Shown piece after piece: positions 59,646 through 64,000 of a DNA stretch of 64,000 nucleotides. The DNA is taken from positions 18,837-82,836 of the forward strand of contig DAOVZN010000001.1 of NCBI GenBank assembly GCA_030635055.1. Direction: 5' to 3'. Position 1 is the stretch's first letter, and every line of letters starts with the position of its first letter. The notes beneath the pieces were generated by a model that saw nothing but the letters and a program-made list of their open reading frames with translations, searched no databases and was not told the DNA's origin. The translations under genes and the position numbers were made by a program. The stretch is from a bacterium. Lineage in GTDB: Bacteria > Patescibacteriota > Minisyncoccia > Minisyncoccales > JAGLPU01.

Positions 59646-60791
59646 GTGATAAGAATGATAGGATTTCTAATAGGATTAGTAACAACTATAGCAACGGCGG
59701 TAGCAATATTGGTATTAGCGGCAGTGGCAGGCTTTCTTATAGTCTATTTCTATTTGGCTCCGAGAAACTATTTTTTTACTTTTGTAAAAGAAGGTTCAGC
59801 TAAAGCCATTATGAGAGCCGGTAAATTTGAAAAGATTCTTATCCAATGGGAAGGTCGTGGGTTAACTGAAAACGGCGATGTAAGTTGGTTCGAAGAAGAC
59901 AAGAGTTTTCTCAGGCGCTTGTTCGGTGGCCTTTGGTATTATGGATTTTGGCCGCTGCACGATGTCTATATCTATAAATTTGACTGGACTGGGATAAAAG
60001 AAAATGGAGAACCAAATCCTCACCAGGGGAAAACGCTTGATTACATCTTAGTAAAAGAAGATGTTTATCGGGTAGAGATTAAAGATGCTGAGGACAAAGA
60101 TTTGCTTCATTTATTAGTGGAAGTAGTTATGCCTATAAGAATTGTTAACCCGCGGAAGGCGCTATTTGATGTGGAGAATTGGTTGGAGGCAGTGATTGCG
60201 CTAGTGGCGCCTGCAGTACGAGATGCAATTACCCAAGACACTTATAAAAACCACATTAGAAACCCAGAGTCATTAGGGGAAAAAATATTTAGTCTTTTAA
60301 AAAAGCAGATAAAAAGATTTGAAAAAGACTATGGTGTAAAAATTCTTGATATAGGTATAAAGAATATAGATCCTCCTGAAGAATATCGGGAGGCGAGCAT
60401 TAAAGAATATCTTGCCGAACAAGAGAAAAAAAGAATTAAAATACTGGCAGAAGCGCAAAAACAAAAGTTGATAACTGAAGCCGAAGGAGAAAGACGAAGA
60501 ATAGAAAAGGTATACGGGCAGACTGACAAAATGGGTTATATCGGTCAATTAAAAGCGATATTAGAATCAATGGAAAAAACAGGAATGGCTGGTGTCTACG
60601 CTGTGCCAGGGCTTAAGGAATTTATAGGAGAAGCCGTTGGTAAACCCACAGAAAAGATAACTCCTGAGGATATTGCAATTTTTAGAAAAGTGGCTGAAGA
60701 AGAAATTGCAAAATCAAAAAAACCTAAGTCTGCAAAAAAGAAAAAACCTGCCAAAAAACGCAAGGAGGTTACTAGAAAAAAGAAAAATTGA
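59646..60791 (+). CDS. SPFH/band 7 domain protein with Lys-rich C-terminal tail
   Basis: 381 aa. N-terminal TM, an SPFH-like core, a coiled coil (EQEKKRIKILAEAQKQKLITEAEGERRRIE), and the tail KSKKPKSAKKKKPAKKRKEVTRKKKN. Confidence 0.75.
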   Translation: MIRMIGFLIGLVTTIATAVAILVLAAVAGFLIVYFYLAPRNYFFTFVKEGSAKAIMRAGKFEKILIQWEGRGLTENGDVSWFEEDKSFLRRLFGGLWYYGFWPLHDVYIYKFDWTGIKENGEPNPHQGKTLDYILVKEDVYRVEIKDAEDKDLLHLLVEVVMPIRIVNPRKALFDVENWLEAVIALVAPAVRDAITQDTYKNHIRNPESLGEKIFSLLKKQIKRFEKDYGVKILDIGIKNIDPPEEYREASIKEYLAEQEKKRIKILAEAQKQKLITEAEGERRRIEKVYGQTDKMGYIGQLKAILESMEKTGMAGVYAVPGLKEFIGEAVGKPTEKITPEDIAIFRKVAEEEIAKSKKPKSAKKKKPAKKRKEVTRKKKN

Positions 60792-60794
60792 GAG

Positions 60795-60826
60795 AAAAAA
60801 AGAGGCTGAAATTCAGCCTCTTTTTC
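60795..60826. terminator. bidirectional terminator between convergent genes
   Basis: AAAAAA-AGAGGCTGA-AAT-TCAGCCTCT-TTTT. Confidence 0.6.
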
Positions 60827-63026
60827 ATGAGTCAAACCCGGCTCCTCCTTGTCCTCTAGGAGGTTTTCCCTTTTTTTTAGAAGGCTTTATCTCTCTTGGT
60901 CCGGTCACTCCTCGTGGTTCTTCAGGTGGCTGTAGCTTTTTCTTTATCCAGCCCGTTAGTTTTTTTCGTTTCTTTGTTTTCTTTATATCTTCTTCGCTTT
61001 CTTTTTCCATTACATCCATTTGGCCTAATGTCTCTTTCCATCCTTCGTTCGTTAGATCCCTATCTTCTGTAACTTTTTCAAATTTTCCAAGTATTTTCTC
61101 CTGCCACTCTTTTTGTTCCTGTTCGCTTTTTTGAGGAACATCAATGTTTTTTATTTCTTTCAAAGTTTCCAAGAAGTTTTCTTTGCCTTGAGGATTATTG
61201 CGGCTCATAGATTTGTAAAATCCTTTGCCTAGATACTGCATGAACGCCGTGACAAAAGCCTTATCCTTAAAGACATCAGCGCCCATGTCTTTTATGTCTT
61301 CAACTCTTACTTTGTCTCTTGCCACTGCCTCTACTGCTTCGTCTTCTGTCATTTTTCTCTTTGTCATTTTACCAGTCTTAGTATCTCTCTTTTCTATATA
61401 TTCATAAGCTCCTATGTTTCCAGCCGCCAATCTTGCCAATCGAGGATTATTTCTTAAAATAGGAGTTAATTCACCTCCTTTATTAGCATCTACTAATTTT
61501 GGAGTTATTAATTGCTTGAATCTTTTATCTTTTATAACCTGATCATCTGTACTGAGCTTATATTGTTTTTTAGCTGCATCAAACAAGTCCTGCACATCGC
61601 CGTTTTTGGCAAGTTGTTTAAGGGCGGCAGTGCCGCGTATTTCTGACAAATCTTCGGTCATCAGTCCATGAGCCAAAGAGCCGGAATTTCTGTAAGAAAG
61701 CTCTTTTTGGGCGGTTTCAATCGACCCTTTGTGCTCGGCATATTTTCTAAGCCCTTCCGGGACAGCCCACCTGGCTATATTATGTTTTTCCCATTGTCTT
61801 GTTACGCTACCTGCTATTTCTCGAGTTTTTAACTTTCTTTCAATTGGAGCGGCAATTCTCTCTCTGACCACTCTTGTGCCTCCTTTTCTCATCCATCCTA
61901 AGGCTTTATTTCCATATTTTTTGCCGCCGCTTATAACCCCTCCGGCGCCCATTGGCGTGGTTTTAATTGCAGTAAGAAAACCGATGAATAACAATACCAT
62001 ACAAACAATATAAGGCATTATTGTGTCTAGATAACCACTGCTGCCGGCTAAGATTTTGCCGATGGAAATAACATTAGTGTCCACCATATATCCTTTTAGC
62101 TGGTTGGACAAGAACAGAAAAAAAGCTAAAGTTATACCGATAATATTCCATTGTAAAAATTGGTTCCACCATTCTTCCCAATGTAATATTCCCGGGAATA
62201 GTTTTTTTGTTAAACCGCTTTCTTTAAAAATATAGGTAAAGAATGCTATAGGCGACAGAATAACCAGAATCCATAACATAACATATCGAGTGATGAATAA
62301 AGCAACAAAGAGGAAATAAATAAAAGCAGTCATCAAACTTATGAAAATATGAATGATGGTTTTAAACATAAAACTAAAAGAAAGAATTTCAGATATAGCG
62401 CTGAAGCCCATTAAGCTTGATGTTATTTCTTTATATTGTTTGGTAAATTCATCTAAAACAGATCCCCAACCGGTGACTCCGTCTAGAAAATAGTTCATTG
62501 CAATATTGGAAGCGTCAATAATAACTCCACATATCACCGGAGTGAAATTAATTAACAACAGGATAATAAATAAACGAGGCAAAGTTTTCTGCCACTGGTA
62601 TTCTTGGATTCTCAAAGCGGTTCCCAGCCCAATAAAAGCTAAAATAATAATAAAGCCCATATTGACCAAGTTTCTAACAATGTTCCATCCTTGAATCACA
62701 AATTCGTTGGAAGTGAAAGAAACATTAATAAAATAGGGACTGGTCACTATCGTTAAAAGCCCCGCCGCCGCCGCCAAAAGAACATTGGCAAGAAGTAAAA
62801 GGAATTGCAAAACTACATCTTTGAGAAGAAGAAAGGATATGCTAATACCAAAAAGTGCGTGAGCGGAAAAAATCGGCAATGTTATTCCTAAAACTGAAAA
62901 CAATAAAACAGCCATCCAACGCTGTTTTTTATTTTTTTGAAAATATGAAACTTTATCTATAAATTTTCTGAGAAATTGTTTCATAGAAGCAAGAGGTTTG
63001 TAATCATCTATATTATTATAACACAA
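60825..63026 (-). CDS. large polytopic membrane protein, VirB6/TcpH(Orf15)-like candidate, with about 330-aa cytoplasmic C-terminal region
   Basis: 733 aa with about 8-9 TM helices in the first 400 aa, then a charged soluble region and a basic Pro/Gly tail. The call rests on architecture and genomic context only. The start may be the internal MKQFLRKF at 62984. Confidence 0.45.
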   Translation of the reverse strand: MCYNNIDDYKPLASMKQFLRKFIDKVSYFQKNKKQRWMAVLLFSVLGITLPIFSAHALFGISISFLLLKDVVLQFLLLLANVLLAAAAGLLTIVTSPYFINVSFTSNEFVIQGWNIVRNLVNMGFIIILAFIGLGTALRIQEYQWQKTLPRLFIILLLINFTPVICGVIIDASNIAMNYFLDGVTGWGSVLDEFTKQYKEITSSLMGFSAISEILSFSFMFKTIIHIFISLMTAFIYFLFVALFITRYVMLWILVILSPIAFFTYIFKESGLTKKLFPGILHWEEWWNQFLQWNIIGITLAFFLFLSNQLKGYMVDTNVISIGKILAGSSGYLDTIMPYIVCMVLLFIGFLTAIKTTPMGAGGVISGGKKYGNKALGWMRKGGTRVVRERIAAPIERKLKTREIAGSVTRQWEKHNIARWAVPEGLRKYAEHKGSIETAQKELSYRNSGSLAHGLMTEDLSEIRGTAALKQLAKNGDVQDLFDAAKKQYKLSTDDQVIKDKRFKQLITPKLVDANKGGELTPILRNNPRLARLAAGNIGAYEYIEKRDTKTGKMTKRKMTEDEAVEAVARDKVRVEDIKDMGADVFKDKAFVTAFMQYLGKGFYKSMSRNNPQGKENFLETLKEIKNIDVPQKSEQEQKEWQEKILGKFEKVTEDRDLTNEGWKETLGQMDVMEKESEEDIKKTKKRKKLTGWIKKKLQPPEEPRGVTGPREIKPSKKKGKPPRGQGGAGFDS

Positions 63027-63032
63027 CTTTTT

Positions 63033-63848
63033 TTATAATAACACATTTTTAAAATTTACTAAATTTTTCCAGTCGTCGAGGCTTAAAGTTTCCGCTCTTT
63101 GGTTCGGCTTAATATTATTTTCCGATAGCCATGATGCGGTTTTTTCTTTTGGCAGATTTAATCCCCCGCTTAGATTGTTGACCAGTTGTTTTCTGGGGTG
63201 GGAAAATCCAGCCTTAACAATTTTAAAGAATTCTTTGGGGAGTTTGGGCGTGAAGCAAGGAATTATTTCAATGATGGCGGAGTTTACTTTAGGCATCGGA
63301 TAGAATGACCCACGGGAGACATAACTCATAATTTTGGGCTGGCTATAGAACTGTACGGAAACAGCCAATAAATTCATTCGCGGAGGTCTAGAGCAAATTC
63401 TTTGCGCCACTTCTTTTTGCATCATCAAAACCATTGATTCGGGCCGATTTTCCGCTTCTAAAAACTTTCTTATAACAGGAGAGGTAAGGTAAAAAGGCAG
63501 ATTGGCAACCACTTTATAGTTGGAAACCAAAGATTGTAGATTTAATTCAAGGATGTCCTCCCTTACAACTTTAACATTTTTTGTTTCTTCCAGGGTTTCT
63601 TTTAAAATTTCTATCATCTCTCTGCTTTTTTCTACGGCAATAACCTGTCTTGCTTTTTTTGCCAGCTCCTGGGTGATAACTCCAATTCCCGGTCCGACCT
63701 CTAAAACAATGTCTTTTTGCGTTGTTTTTGCTGTTATTTTTTCCACCACTCCTCTGTTAACTAAAAAATTCTGCCCGAAATATTTTATGGGAGCAGTTTC
63801 ATATTTTTTAAGCAGTCCAACAATGTCTTTTTTTGAACATAAGTCCAT
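63033..63848 (-). CDS. rsmA: 16S rRNA (adenine1518/1519-N6)-dimethyltransferase RsmA/KsgA
   Basis: KYFGQNFLVN, SAM motif VLEVGPGIGVIT, NLPFY. Confidence 0.9.
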   Translation of the reverse strand: MDLCSKKDIVGLLKKYETAPIKYFGQNFLVNRGVVEKITAKTTQKDIVLEVGPGIGVITQELAKKARQVIAVEKSREMIEILKETLEETKNVKVVREDILELNLQSLVSNYKVVANLPFYLTSPVIRKFLEAENRPESMVLMMQKEVAQRICSRPPRMNLLAVSVQFYSQPKIMSYVSRGSFYPMPKVNSAIIEIIPCFTPKLPKEFFKIVKAGFSHPRKQLVNNLSGGLNLPKEKTASWLSENNIKPNQRAETLSLDDWKNLVNFKNVLL

Positions 63849-64000
63849 TGCCTTACTTTACCATAAATTTGCCTGGTTGTGGAAAAGACGCTTGACTTTT
63901 ATCTTAGGAACGATAGACTTAGAACAAGTTAATTTATATGAGTACTATCTTAAAACTAAGTACAAATTCATTGAGGAGAGTTGCGAAATCTCCTTTTTTT

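Noticed and set aside
51739-63848. Using strand orientation (the cluster is head-on to a rightward fork from oriC) as evidence that the T4SS-like block is a recent insertion.
   Set aside because: Other ordinary blocks, such as 38099-46331 on the plus strand left of the origin, are also head-on. Strand bias alone is therefore uninformative here, and I cannot compute composition statistics reliably by eye.
1-64000. Search for CRISPR arrays, rRNA genes, transposases/integrases, and direct or inverted repeats bounding the 51.7-63.0 kb cluster.
   Set aside because: I found no regularly spaced repeats, rRNA-like sequence, or recombinase/transposase-like ORF. The only tandem repeat is the 42-bp in-frame unit at 31359-31466.
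63949-64000. ATG-initiated open frame (MSTILKLSTNSLRRVAKSPFF) at the window end.
   Set aside because: Only 17 codons are visible, which is too short to support a gene call.

Overview
AT-rich, gene-dense bacterial chromosome segment. Genes are short, spacers tiny and many start/stop codons overlap. TGA acts as a stop (rpmI/rplT junction ATGA), so the standard bacterial code applies. The gene content points to a reduced-genome Patescibacteria/CPR-like organism; this is an inference, not a database result. Supporting content includes class I LysRS, bacterial Elp3, an EndoQ-like PHP nuclease, a presenilin-like protease, many small receiver domains and pilin-like proteins. The window spans the replication-origin neighbourhood: dnaN<-dnaA | rpmH->rnpA->yidD->yidC->jag, with DnaA boxes in both spacers. 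It also holds housekeeping genes: argS, tyrS, valS, lysK, smpB+tmRNA, infC-rpmI-rplT, rpsT, ruvA, ruvB-yebC-ruvC, recO, holA, murE-like, PBP1A, tsaE and rsmA. One tRNA-Arg(CCG), two two-component clusters and a PilB/GspE-type ATPase are also present. The most unusual region is 51.7-63.0 kb, a compact minus-strand VirB4-type (type IV secretion-like) cluster. Its parts are a PrgI/VirB3-like protein, a VirB4 ATPase apparently split in frame by TAA TAA, and a VirB6-like polytopic protein. It also has two paralogous pilin-like proteins with large extracellular extensions (beta-gamma-crystallin-like repeats, Cys knots), a 27-Cys secreted protein and an embedded SPFH gene. No relaxase, coupling protein or integrase is visible in the window. 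Other points of interest are a head-to-head Elp3/Trm9-like pair next to a tRNA overlapping a CDS end, and two promoter-leader-terminator units upstream of the PBP1A gene and a methyltransferase gene. There is also a roughly 125-nt structured intergenic element, a conserved promoter block shared by valS and lysK, and a degenerate DHH-like protein coupled to the PilB-like ATPase. No CRISPR array, rRNA, transposase or integrase was seen.
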